Below are positions 33,017 through 43,003 of a DNA stretch of 64,000 nucleotides, one piece after another. Position numbers and translations under genes: made by a program. The first letter of the stretch is position 1; each line of letters opens with the position of its first letter. The DNA lies in contig CAWJTV010000031.1 in NCBI GenBank assembly GCA_963845755.1, forward strand, positions 192,001 through 256,000, given 5' to 3'. Source of the DNA: an uncultured Planctomycetota bacterium. GTDB lineage: Bacteria > Planctomycetota > Planctomycetia > Isosphaerales > Isosphaeraceae. The notes beneath the pieces were generated by a model, which saw only the letters and a list, made by a program, of their open reading frames with translations, searched no databases and was not told where the DNA came from.

Positions 33017-34264
33017 ATGGCAAAACGTCCGACTATCCAAGAGATCCTGGCAGCGGCTCGAAAAGGGGGTGCGGCCCAGCGCTCCGACGAGCCGGCGGCG
33101 GCCGAACCCGAGGCCGTCGAAATGGAGGCTCCGGCCGATGAGGCGGCGGCCGAGAGCGTCGCGGCACCCGAGCCGGCGGCTCTGGTGAATGTCCCGACCC
33201 CAGCGACGTTGGGCCGGCCGTTGACGCTCAAGGAGAAACTGGCCGCTGCTCGGGCCGGTGGGGCCGTTCCGCCCGCTGCGGCCAAGCCGGCGGCACCGGC
33301 GGCCAAGGCCAAGGCGCCCGCGCCGGTCGAGGAAGCGGAGGCCGCCCTCGCGGAGGAGCCCAAGGCCGTGCCCGCACCCGCCGCGCCCCTGGGCCGCCCG
33401 ATGACGCTGGCGGAAAAGCTGGCCGCCGCCCGTGGCGGGGCCGCCAAGCCCGCGGCGACACCCGCGGCCAAGCCCGCCGCGGCCAAGGCTGCCGCCGCCC
33501 CCGCCGCCAAGACGACCGCCGCACGCACGCTCCCGCCGCTCGAGAAGATTACCGACCCCAAGGACCTGGCCGAAGCCGCCCGTCAGGCCGCCGCCAGGCG
33601 AGCGAAGGAAGACCTGGCGGCCAAGGCCGCCGCCGCTCCGGCTCCCTCCAAGGGCAAGTCGGCCGCCGCCAAACCTCAGACGGTCCCGCCTAGGCCCGGT
33701 CGAGAGCTGGCCGCCGCCGGCGCTCCCGAACGTCACGCGGCCGTCGCTCTGAGCCGTCGCGGCTTTGTCATCGGCAGCTTGTTCCTGTCCTGGATCGCTA
33801 CCGCCTGGATCACCTTCACCGCCGGAGTGGTCGCCATGACGACCATGACCGTCCGATTCATGTTCCCCAACGTCCTCGCCGAACCGCCCAGCACCGTCAA
33901 GATCGGGCTCCCCTCGAACTACGATCCCGAGTCCGTCGACGATCGATTCAAAGCCGAGTGGGGGTTCTGGGTGGTCCGTTCCACCCGATATAACGGTCAG
34001 GACATCATCTATATCATTCAATCCGTCTGCACGCACCTGGGCTGCCCGCCCAACTGGCTGGCCAGCGAGCAGAAGTTCAAGTGCCCCTGCCACGGCAGCG
34101 GGTTCTACATCTCCGCGATCAACTTCGAGGGACCGGCACCCCGTCCCCTCGAGCGATTCAAGGTCACGGTCGCCGACGACGGCCAGCTCATGGTTAACAA
34201 GAGTCAGAAGTTTCAGCAAGAGTTGGGGCAATGGTCAGATCCCGATAGCTATATCCCAGCCTGA
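33017..34264 (+). CDS. qcrA: Rieske [2Fe-2S] subunit of a Rieske/cytochrome b complex, with a long Ala/Pro/Lys-rich N-terminal extension
   Basis: CTHLGC and CPCHGSGF boxes, GPAPRPL, and an internal twin-arginine LSRRGFV followed by a TM helix. Confidence 0.92.
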   Translation: MAKRPTIQEILAAARKGGAAQRSDEPAAAEPEAVEMEAPADEAAAESVAAPEPAALVNVPTPATLGRPLTLKEKLAAARAGGAVPPAAAKPAAPAAKAKAPAPVEEAEAALAEEPKAVPAPAAPLGRPMTLAEKLAAARGGAAKPAATPAAKPAAAKAAAAPAAKTTAARTLPPLEKITDPKDLAEAARQAAARRAKEDLAAKAAAAPAPSKGKSAAAKPQTVPPRPGRELAAAGAPERHAAVALSRRGFVIGSLFLSWIATAWITFTAGVVAMTTMTVRFMFPNVLAEPPSTVKIGLPSNYDPESVDDRFKAEWGFWVVRSTRYNGQDIIYIIQSVCTHLGCPPNWLASEQKFKCPCHGSGFYISAINFEGPAPRPLERFKVTVADDGQLMVNKSQKFQQELGQWSDPDSYIPA

Positions 34265-34360
34265 ACCTCGTACCAGCACGCGACACGCGGCGAGTGAAGA
34301 CGACCGCTTTCCTTATCGATCCAACGGCCCCTGCCGCGACGCCACCAGCCACCGGAACAA

Positions 34361-35152
34361 GTGAGCGCTCCCATGCCGATCATGGATAAAATCGCCGAGA
34401 CCCAGCTTTGGAAGAGCATCTTCCGCCATCCGATGCCGACCGATCGGCGCAACCGGGTGGTGGTGATGCTGACCAATTTCTTCCTGCATCTCCATCCGGT
34501 GAGCGTGCGGAAACAGGGGATCGCCCTGAGCTACACCTGGTGCATGGGCGGTACGACCTTCTTCCTGTTCATCGTCGAGGTGATCACCGGCGTCTTGCTG
34601 ATGTTCTACTATCGTCCGACGCTGGAGCACGCCTACAACGACATCCTGGCCTTGCGCGACGTGACCACACTGGGCATCATGCGCGAGATTCATCGGTGGG
34701 GTGCCCATGCCATGGTCATCGCGGTCTGGCTGCACATGTACCGCGTGTTCTTGACGGGGAGCTACAAACCGCCCCGGGAATTCAACTGGGGCGTGGGCGT
34801 GATCTTGCTGGTCTTGACGCTCTTGCTCTCCTTCACTGGCTACCTGCTGCCCTGGGACCAGTTGGCGATCTGGGCGATCACGGTTGGGTCGAACATGGCC
34901 CGAGCGACGCCCGGTCTGGGGGTGGAGGGCCCGGGTTCGAAACTATTGAGCCTCAACGGGGTGAACCTGATCACATCGGGCTCGGACGCAAAATTCGCCT
35001 TGATCGGCGGGCGGACCATCGGCGAGATGACGCTCAACCGATTCTACGTCCTGCACTGCGTGGCGATCCCCCTGGCAGCCGCCCTGCTGATCATGATCCA
35101 TTTCTGGCGGGTGCGGAAGGATGGTGGGATCAGCGGTCCGCCTCCGCTGTAG
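34361..35152 (+). CDS. qcrB: Cytochrome b6-like subunit (N-terminal half of a split cytochrome b)
   Basis: WCMGG, IHRWGAHAMVIAVWLHMYRVFLTGSYKPPREFNW, GYLLPWDQ, RFYVLHCV..IHFWRVRKDGGISGP. Confidence 0.95.
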   Translation: MSAPMPIMDKIAETQLWKSIFRHPMPTDRRNRVVVMLTNFFLHLHPVSVRKQGIALSYTWCMGGTTFFLFIVEVITGVLLMFYYRPTLEHAYNDILALRDVTTLGIMREIHRWGAHAMVIAVWLHMYRVFLTGSYKPPREFNWGVGVILLVLTLLLSFTGYLLPWDQLAIWAITVGSNMARATPGLGVEGPGSKLLSLNGVNLITSGSDAKFALIGGRTIGEMTLNRFYVLHCVAIPLAAALLIMIHFWRVRKDGGISGPPPL

Positions 35153-35289
35153 TCCGTCGCGTCGGCAATGGACGCCGGGCTGATCGAGGGGTGGTTCGGT
35201 CGGCAGTTTCGCACGGCGAGCCGGACCACGCCATTCTCGAGAACACCGTTCGATTCCATCCACTAGCCACGATTGGTAGTCACGAGACC

Positions 35290-36900
35290 ATGGAACCCAA
35301 TCTTACCTTGAATCCCCACGCAGATCTGACTCCGGCCGTGATGGGGGGGCTGGCTTGGTATTACCTGCTCGCCGCCGTGATCAACGCGGCCGCCGCGGCC
35401 TATGTGGCCTATGGGGATATGGTCTCCGAGGGGGCCTCCCGCCTTGGCCTCGCGCCGAAGACCCGGCGGATGCCGAGCTGGCTGACCGGCCTGTTCTTCG
35501 GGACCTACAGCCTGGCCTTCCTGGTGATGCTCCTGCGGGCCTACCTGCCGGGTGCCCTGGGTGCGGCCTACGGCCTCTGTGCACTGGCCAACGCCGTGCT
35601 GGCCATCATGGCCACCGCGGATGCCGCCCACTTCGCCGAGGCCCACGAGCATGGTCATGGCGAAGGGGACCCGTCGCAACGGCCTAGCCTGGACGAGCAT
35701 CACCCGGCCATCGGGATCGGAGGGCCGATTAACCGTACGCTTTGGACCCTGATCTGGGGCTTCGTCGCCATGGTCTTCCAGATCATCGGCATCGTATATG
35801 CCCTCGACCATGCGGTGTATATGCCGCAGATCATGCGCGACGCGATCGACTCGATCGCCGGGCCGACGACGTTCTTCGTCGGAGCCACCATCGCGTTCAT
35901 CGCCGCCATCCGATTCCGCCGGTTCCTCTCCAACGGCCTGGTGGCCTGGTCGATCGTCGACCTGTTCCTGCTCTATTTCGGGATGAGCATGACCGATTTC
36001 GATTTCCGCGACATCGTGACCAAACCCGATAATGTGCCGATCGTCGGCCTGCTCATCCTCGTGGCCGGCTTCTTCTGGTTCTCACTCCGCCGCGCCGTGA
36101 TCAACGACGCTCGGATTGCGCAAGGGCTTCCGGCCCTGGAAGACCTGGAGCCCGAGAAGACCTTGACGTGGCCGGACCTGGTCTACACCGAGCTGATCTG
36201 CATGGTGCTCCTGACCATCGTCCTGGTCGTCTGGGGGATCGTCCTCCAGGCGCCTCTTGAGCAGCCGGCCAGCTCGACGGTCGCGCCCAATCCGTCGAAG
36301 GCGCCTTGGTACTTCCTCGGACTCCAGGAGATGCTGGTCTATTTCGATCCCTGGATGGCCGGCGTGGTGCTGCCGAGCATGATCATCGTAGGCCTCATGG
36401 CGATCCCGTATATCGATACCAACAAGTCCGGCAACGGCTACTACACGTACAACGATCGGAAATTCGCCTTCAATACGTTCCAGTATGGATTCGTGGTGCT
36501 GTGGGTCGTGCTGATCCTCCTGGGGACGTTCCTCCGCGGCCCCAACTGGAACTTCTTCGGGCCGTACGAATACTGGGACCTCCACAAGCTGATCCCGCTG
36601 AACAACGTCAACCTCTCGGAGATCGTCTGGATCCAGCTCTTCGGCCGGACGAAGCCCGAGAACATCTTCGTCCGTGAGATGCCGGGGATCCTCTTGTGCC
36701 TGGGTTACTTCACGATCGTGCCGTTCGTGATGTATCGCCTCTTCTTCCGTCGCTACGCCGAGAAGTCCGGCATGCTGCGCTACATGACGCTGGCCGTGCT
36801 GATGTTGTTCATGGCCGCCTTGCCGATCAAGATGGTGTTTCGCTGGACCATCAACCTGAAATACCTGGTGGCGATTCCCGAGTACTTCTTCAATATCTAG
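35290..36900 (+). CDS. Cytochrome b subunit IV-like protein with an extra N-terminal polytopic membrane domain
   Basis: TWPDLVYTE, APLEQPA, PNPSKAPWYFLGLQEML (PEWY-equivalent), LMAIPYID; many TM segments before this domain. Confidence 0.85.
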   Translation: MEPNLTLNPHADLTPAVMGGLAWYYLLAAVINAAAAAYVAYGDMVSEGASRLGLAPKTRRMPSWLTGLFFGTYSLAFLVMLLRAYLPGALGAAYGLCALANAVLAIMATADAAHFAEAHEHGHGEGDPSQRPSLDEHHPAIGIGGPINRTLWTLIWGFVAMVFQIIGIVYALDHAVYMPQIMRDAIDSIAGPTTFFVGATIAFIAAIRFRRFLSNGLVAWSIVDLFLLYFGMSMTDFDFRDIVTKPDNVPIVGLLILVAGFFWFSLRRAVINDARIAQGLPALEDLEPEKTLTWPDLVYTELICMVLLTIVLVVWGIVLQAPLEQPASSTVAPNPSKAPWYFLGLQEMLVYFDPWMAGVVLPSMIIVGLMAIPYIDTNKSGNGYYTYNDRKFAFNTFQYGFVVLWVVLILLGTFLRGPNWNFFGPYEYWDLHKLIPLNNVNLSEIVWIQLFGRTKPENIFVREMPGILLCLGYFTIVPFVMYRLFFRRYAEKSGMLRYMTLAVLMLFMAALPIKMVFRWTINLKYLVAIPEYFFNI

Positions 36901-36938
36901 CCGAACGCGGTGGCAAGTACGACGCCGGCGCGAGAGTC

Positions 36939-36991
36939 GGTCAGGCCTTCCGGCCTGACGAACCGGCGACGTCAGGCCGGAAAGCCTGACC
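36939..36991. repeat. REP doublet (GGTCAGGC..GCCTGAC family)
   Basis: GGTCAGGCCTTCCGGCCTGACG (36939-36960) and CGTCAGGCCGGAAAGCCTGACC (36970-36991) are inverted copies with one mismatch; each is also a hairpin. Confidence 0.8.
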
Positions 36992-37031
36992 TCCGTGATC
37001 TCCTTCCTTGCCGACGACAGGAACAAAGACC

Positions 37032-40000
37032 ATGCCGGCTACCGAGGAAACCTATCGGCCCCAGCCGATCCTCCACCTGGTCTTCGCGATCTCGTCGATC
37101 GCGATGCTGCTCGCGACCGTCTGGATGGTCATGGCCGACCACCTCCGCCCCTGGAAAGAGGTGCAACGCGAGTTCCAGGCGGTCGAGCGCGCCAAGCTCG
37201 AGGCGTCCAAGGATGAGAAGCTCAAGGAGCAGAAGGCCAAGTACGAGGCCCAGCTCGCGGACATCGACAAGAAGATCGAGGCTGCCAAGGCGGCCGCCGA
37301 GACGCGAGCTGCCCGGATTAGCGAGCTCGACAAGGAGCTCGAGAAGCTGGGCGGGACGGTGGACCTGCTGGATATGCAGAAGCGGTTCAAGAAGGCCGAT
37401 CTCGATAGCAAACGCAGTCTCTACGACGGGATGGTCGAACGGGGCGAGGAACACGAGGCGAAGGCCTATCTCGCCAGCGTCGTCTTCAACACCGAGAAGG
37501 AACTCACCGAGTTCTCCAAGCAATTGGAGACGGCCCAGTCCGCCCTGAAGAAAGCGAAGGATGAGAAGGAGCAGCAACTCGGCTACGTGGACAAGCTCGA
37601 GGACGACAAGAAGAAGATGACGCGCGAGGCTGACAACGTCGCGCGGACGATCGAGCAGAAGGATGCGCTTTACGGCGGTCCGGAACACTGGTATAGCGCC
37701 CCGATGGCGTTCCTGCGCAGCCTCCCCGGCATCGACCTGATGCCGCCGACGAAGATCCAGCAGATCAGTCTGCCCGAGCTGACGATCAACTACAACTTCA
37801 AGGAAGTGCCCCGCTACGATCGTTGCACGACCTGCCACCAGGGGATCGACCGGCTCGGATACGACAAGGGGCCCGGCGGCCAGCCGATGAAGGCGGTCTT
37901 CGCCGCCCATCCGTCTCTGACCACGGGCGCGACGACCACCGATCCCAAGGGCAAGGTGGTGACTGCCGGACTCTATCTCGACGGCAACGGCCCGCATCCG
38001 ATCAATAGCTTTGGCTGCACGATCTGTCACGGCGGCCAGGGCTCCGGCACCGATTTTACCTTTGCGTCTCACACGCCCGACACCCTCAAGCAAGGGCATA
38101 TTTGGCATGAGGAGTACGGCTGGCACTCGTTCCACATGTGGGATTTCCCGATGCATCCCAGGCGGTTCATCGAGTCGAGCTGCTTGAAGTGCCACCACGA
38201 GGTGACCGACATCCCCCAGGCCAAGCAGCTCCAGGCCGGCTTCCAGAGAATCGTCAAGTACGGCTGCACGGGCTGCCACGCCATCGGTGGCGGGGGCGCC
38301 ATCGGTCCGGACCTCAGCGAAGAGCCGCAGGTCGGGCCCAACCTCTCGCATGTCGGGTCGAAGGTCTCGAAGGAATGGATCCTCAAGTGGATCATCGATC
38401 CGCACGGCTTCCGTCCCGATTCGCGAATGCCCCGGTTTTACGGCCTGACCAACAACGCCGCCGGGGAGGACTGGCCGAAGAATTACGCCGAGTCCAACGC
38501 GATCGCGCACTACCTCTTCACCAAGACCACCGAGCCCGCCGGCTTCGTCGACCCGCCCGCCAAGACCGACCCGGCCAAGGGGAAGGACCTGTTCTTCCAG
38601 AAGGGCTGCCTGGCTTGCCATCAGCATCGTCCCTACCAGGAGGGCGACCTCCAGAAGATCGATAAGGAGCGGGCCAATCCGGCCTACTTCGCGGAGAAGG
38701 ACAAGGTGAAGACGCCCAAGCTCGACGCGGCCGCGAGCTACGATCCCAAGAACTTCCCGGCCTCGGTCCGCAACAACGCGATGGCCAATTTCGGCCCGAA
38801 CCTCTCGAACATCGCGGCCAAGTTCCAGTCCAAGGCCCAGGGCCAGAAATGGCTGACGAACTGGATCCACGCCCCCGAGACCTACCATCCCAGGAGCTTG
38901 ATGCCGAACCTGCAGCTCTCCCTCCAGGAAGCCGCCGATATCGCGAGCTGGATCATCTCGGTGCCCGGCGAGTGGCCGGTCACGGTCGAAGTCCCCGGCG
39001 CAGAACACCAAGGAGGTGAAGGAGGCCGTCGACGAGCTGGTCAAGCTCTACGTCTCCAAGAGCGGCAGCTTCAAGCGAGCCGATGGCAAGTCGGAGGTCA
39101 AGTCGCTGAGCGAGGTCGATTCGTTCGTCCGGGAGCTGGGGATGGAGGACAAGCTCTTCTTCCTCGGCGAGAGGACGATCGCCAGGCTAGGCTGCTTCGG
39201 CTGCCACACCATCCCCGGCTTCGAGACCGCCAAGCCCATCGGCACCGCGCTCAGCGACTGGGGGATCAAGAGCCCCGCTCGGCTCGACTACGGCCATATT
39301 CGCGAATACCTCGAAGAACAGGATCCGGACGACAGCAAAGCGCACGATGGCACCCCGAGTATCTATCAGGAGGAGGTCACCCACGAGACGCGGATGGGCT
39401 TCCTCTTCCAGAAGCTGCACCGCCCGCGAAGCTACGACTACCTGAAGAAGAGCGAGAAGTACAAACCGTGGGACGATCGGCTCCGAATGCCCCAGTTCGC
39501 CTGGGCCGACGAGCCGGCGGCGGTCGAGGAGGTTATGACGTTCATCCTCGGGCTGACCGCTGAGCGGATCCCCGCCCGATACCTGCCCAATACGCATTAC
39601 TCCCCCGCTCAGACGGCGATGTCTCGCGGTGGCAAGGTGTTGAACCGTCACAACTGTACCGGCTGCCATGTCCTGGAAATGCCGACCTTCACCATCCCGC
39701 AAGGGGTCAAAGTGGCCGAGGCGTTCACCGACTTCCGGGCCAATCTGCGCACCTCCTACGGCAACCGGGCCAACGACTTCCTGGCCGAGCTCTACCCCGG
39801 CCTCAGCTATGACGCGAAGAAGAAGCTGGGGAATAACGAGATCGAGGGCGAGTTGGGCCTGGCCGAAGATGACGGGTCGAAGCCCATCACCATCGAGGGG
39901 ATGCCGACGGCTTTGTTCGAGAACGAGCTGACCATCCAGCTCTGGAAGCCGGTCACGATTCGCGGCTACACGTTCAACATCGGCGACAATCTCGCGGTCA

Positions 40001-40785
40001 ACCAGAACAAGGTCGAGAAGAAGGAGGGGAACGGCGGCAATTTCGCCTTCCTCTACGCCCGGTCGCAAGCCGAGCGGACCGGGTCACCCTTTGAACCCTA
40101 CTGGAACCGTCTACCCCCGCCGCTGCTCCGCGAGGGGAACAAGGTCCAGACTCCGTGGCTGACCGCGTTCCTGAAGGATCCGTATGCGATCCGGCCGGCG
40201 GCCCAGTTACGGATGCCGCGGTTCCACTACGGGAAGACGGACCAGGATTCCTCCAAGGAAACCGAGGATCTGGCCAATTACTTCGCGGCGCGCGATCGGG
40301 CCGAATTCCCTTACCCGATCATCGCCGAGCACACGCCCTCCTACCTGGAGCGGCGCGAGAAGGCGCATCCCAACTACCTCACGGCTGGCTGGGAGATGAT
40401 GACCACCAAGGCATCCCCCTGTCTCCAGTGTCATGCTATCGGACAGTTCAAGCCGAGCGGCGGCGCCGCCGTCGTCAATGGCCCGGACCTCCGGCAGGTC
40501 GCCACCCGGTTCCGCCCAGAGTTCCTCGAGACCTGGATCGCCAATCCCCGCCGCCTTGTTCCTTACACGGCGATGCCCCAGAATATCGTGCCGCATGGCG
40601 CGATCCAGATCCCCGTCCCCAAGACCTTCGAGAATCAACCGATCGAGATGGTCCGGGCCGTTCGCGACACGCTCCTGAATTACGTCAATGCCATCGAGCT
40701 CCAGCTCGCCAGCAGCAGCAATCCGGGCCAAACTCCCGCGAGTGCACCGGCTCCGGCACCCAAGCCCGCCGGTACGACGCCCTGA
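37032..40785 (+). CDS. Membrane-anchored multiheme (8 CxxCH) cytochrome c, ~1250 aa; frameshift near 39010
   Basis: N-terminal TM and coiled coil; CTTCH, CTICH, CLKCH, CTGCH, CLACH, CFGCH, CTGCH, CLQCH; repeated GPxL..W..P..MP class-I cytochrome signatures. Confidence 0.9.
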
Positions 40786-40983
40786 CCGGTCCCGGCAATC
40801 CGGTAGACGATCAGGGGACATCCACATCGTATCGTGCACCTTGAAGAGGACCTGAATCTTTGTTCTGATGACAGAAGCCGCGGCATCACCGCCTCGAGAC
40901 CGGGCTAGCTCCCGAAGGCCATGAGAATCCATGGCTCGTCCCCGACGGCGATTGATCGCGACCTGCAACGGGAGATTGACGCG

Positions 40984-41922
40984 ATGATGATTCGAGGGAT
41001 GGGTAAGGCCGCTTTTGTAGGTCTGGGCCTGACGGCGATGCTGGCGGTGACCATGGTGGGATGTGGTGGCGGGGGAGGCAGTGTTGACGACGGAATCGTC
41101 GTCCCGGCGCCTGATGCCAATTTGACCTCAAAGACCCCAGCCAATCCGGCCCCTGTGAGCGGCGGGACGAGCAACAGCGCCAGTTCGGCGACCACGTCTC
41201 CGGCGCCATCGGCGGTCAAGGCCGAAGGGTGGGGCACGCTCAAGGGTAAGGTTGTCTTCAGCGGCACGGTTCCTCCGGACGCCACGAAGGTCCTACAGGC
41301 ACAGGGCAAGGCCGAGAAGGATCTCAACATCTGTGCCAAGGACGCCCCGATCCGGTTGGAGAGGGTCGTCGTGGACGAGGCGACCAAGGGCGTCAAGAAC
41401 GTCTTCGTCTTCATCCAGCGGCCCACGGCGGTCAACGAGGAGGCGAAGAAAGCCGTTGCCGCGCGGAAGGCCGAGTTCGACCAGAAGGGTTGTGTCTTCA
41501 TCCCCCATGCACTGTCCGTCATGGTGGGCCAGACGGTGGATGTCAAGTCGAGCGACAATACCAGCCACAACGTCAATTTCCAGCTCAGGGCCCTCCAGAC
41601 GAATAAGGTCCTCGCGCCGGGCGGCAAGATGGATGTCGTGCCCGACTCGCCCGAGCGGTCTCCGGGTCTGGTGACGTGCAGTATTCACCCCTGGATGACG
41701 GCCTACTGGATGGTCCTCGACCACCCTTACTTCGCGGTCACCGACGAGAAGGGGAACTTCGAGATCAAGAACGTGCCCGCGGGTACGCAGAAAGTGGTCG
41801 TCTGGCAGGAGGCCGTCGGCCCTGTGACGCCCGCCTCGGGCGAGGATGTCAACATTACGCCGAACGGAGAGATCACGAAGGAATTCACGATCGATGCCGG
41901 CAAGGTCAGGCCGGGCAGTTGA
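40984..41922 (+). CDS. Lipoprotein with a cupredoxin-like and a carboxypeptidase-regulatory-like domain
   Basis: Lipobox MVGC, S/T/P/A linker, DQKGCVFIPH, SHNV, CSIHPWM, HPYFAVTDEKGNFEIKNVPAG. Confidence 0.8.
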   Translation: MMIRGMGKAAFVGLGLTAMLAVTMVGCGGGGGSVDDGIVVPAPDANLTSKTPANPAPVSGGTSNSASSATTSPAPSAVKAEGWGTLKGKVVFSGTVPPDATKVLQAQGKAEKDLNICAKDAPIRLERVVVDEATKGVKNVFVFIQRPTAVNEEAKKAVAARKAEFDQKGCVFIPHALSVMVGQTVDVKSSDNTSHNVNFQLRALQTNKVLAPGGKMDVVPDSPERSPGLVTCSIHPWMTAYWMVLDHPYFAVTDEKGNFEIKNVPAGTQKVVVWQEAVGPVTPASGEDVNITPNGEITKEFTIDAGKVRPGS

Positions 41923-41946
41923 TGTTTGCTTCGATCTGGCCGAGTT

Positions 41947-42085
41947 CTCAGGGTTTCACCCAGGGCTGTGGTCATCCGGCCTGTTGGGCCGGGGAAATCG
42001 GCCCGTCGGCGATGGCGGCCTGAAAGGCCGAGGGAACAAAGCCTCAGGTGTAAGCCGGCCTCTGAAGATTCGCTTAAACCCTGGC
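41947..42085. repeat. Degenerate REP-like element (CAGGG..CCCTGG / GGCCTGAAAGGCC family)
   Basis: Perfect hairpin CGGCCT-GAA-AGGCCG at 42016-42030, with CAGGGTTT at the left end and AAACCCTG at the right end. Confidence 0.5.
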
Positions 42086-42125
42086 AGCGATACTCGCGGA
42101 CCCTTCGACCCAAGGCGCGGATGAG

Positions 42126-42994
42126 ATGAAATCAATACAGCAGAATCTTCCGACGCGATTTGGCCCGACGCGCACGTCCTGTTCGGGCTGGGCCTGGCAC
42201 TGGCGATCGGATTCCCGATTCCCGCGGAGGCCGCACCGCCCACGATCGGCGTGCTCGCGGTCAATCTCCTGGGCCAGGGCCAGTTCGGGACCATCAAAGG
42301 CCGGCTGGTCTGGGGTGGCGACGAGGCACCGCCACCCAGAGTGCTCGAGGCGGCCGGCACAGCCTCGAAGGATCCGAATGTCTGTGCCAAGAGCAAGTCG
42401 ATCCTGTCCCGCGAGGTGGTCGTCGATCCCAAGACGAAAGGCGTTTCCTACGCGTTCGCGTACCTCGTTCGACCGAAGGGCAGCAACCCGGACGCCGTGA
42501 AGAAGCTCGTTTCCCAGCATCCCAAGGTGGAGATCGACCAGCTAAACTGCGAGTTCCAGCCGTATGTCTTGCCGATGCACCAGGATCAAGCCTTGGTGAT
42601 CAAGGCCAGCGATCCTCTGATCAACCACAACGTTCGGCTCTCGCCGTTCAACCCCAACAACCCCGCCCTCAATCAGACGCTAGCACCCAACGGGAAACTG
42701 CAACTGAAAATGGTCGCCGAGCGTCTTCCGATCAAGGTCGTCTGCGACATACATTCATGGATGAAGTGCTACGTCATGGTTTTCGACCATCCTTTCTTCG
42801 CAACGACGGCCTCAGACGGCTCATTCGAGATCACAGGAGTGCCCGCGGGGACCCAGAACATCGTCCTCTGGCAGGAGAAGGTCGGTTACGTCACGACGGG
42901 AGGGGGCCGCGGCATGGCGGTCGAGGTCAAGGCCGGCGAGGTGATTGACCTTGGTGAGATCAAGCTCGACCCTGTCAAGGCCGGCAAGCCATAA
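42126..42994 (+). CDS. Second exported cupredoxin-like/carboxypeptidase-regulatory-like paralog; probable frameshift in the signal region
   Basis: GTIKGRLVW, DQLNCEFQP, NHNV, CDIHSWM, HPFFATTASDGSFEITGVPAG. The hydrophobic LFGLGLALAIGF lies in frame upstream of 42251. Confidence 0.8.
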
Positions 42995-43003
42995 GGTTCG
43001 CCC

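Noticed and set aside
34408..35289. 830-aa ORF 34408..36900 taken at full length
   Set aside because: The first ~294 aa overlap cytochrome b6 out of frame and look non-coding; the real start is probably ATG 35290.
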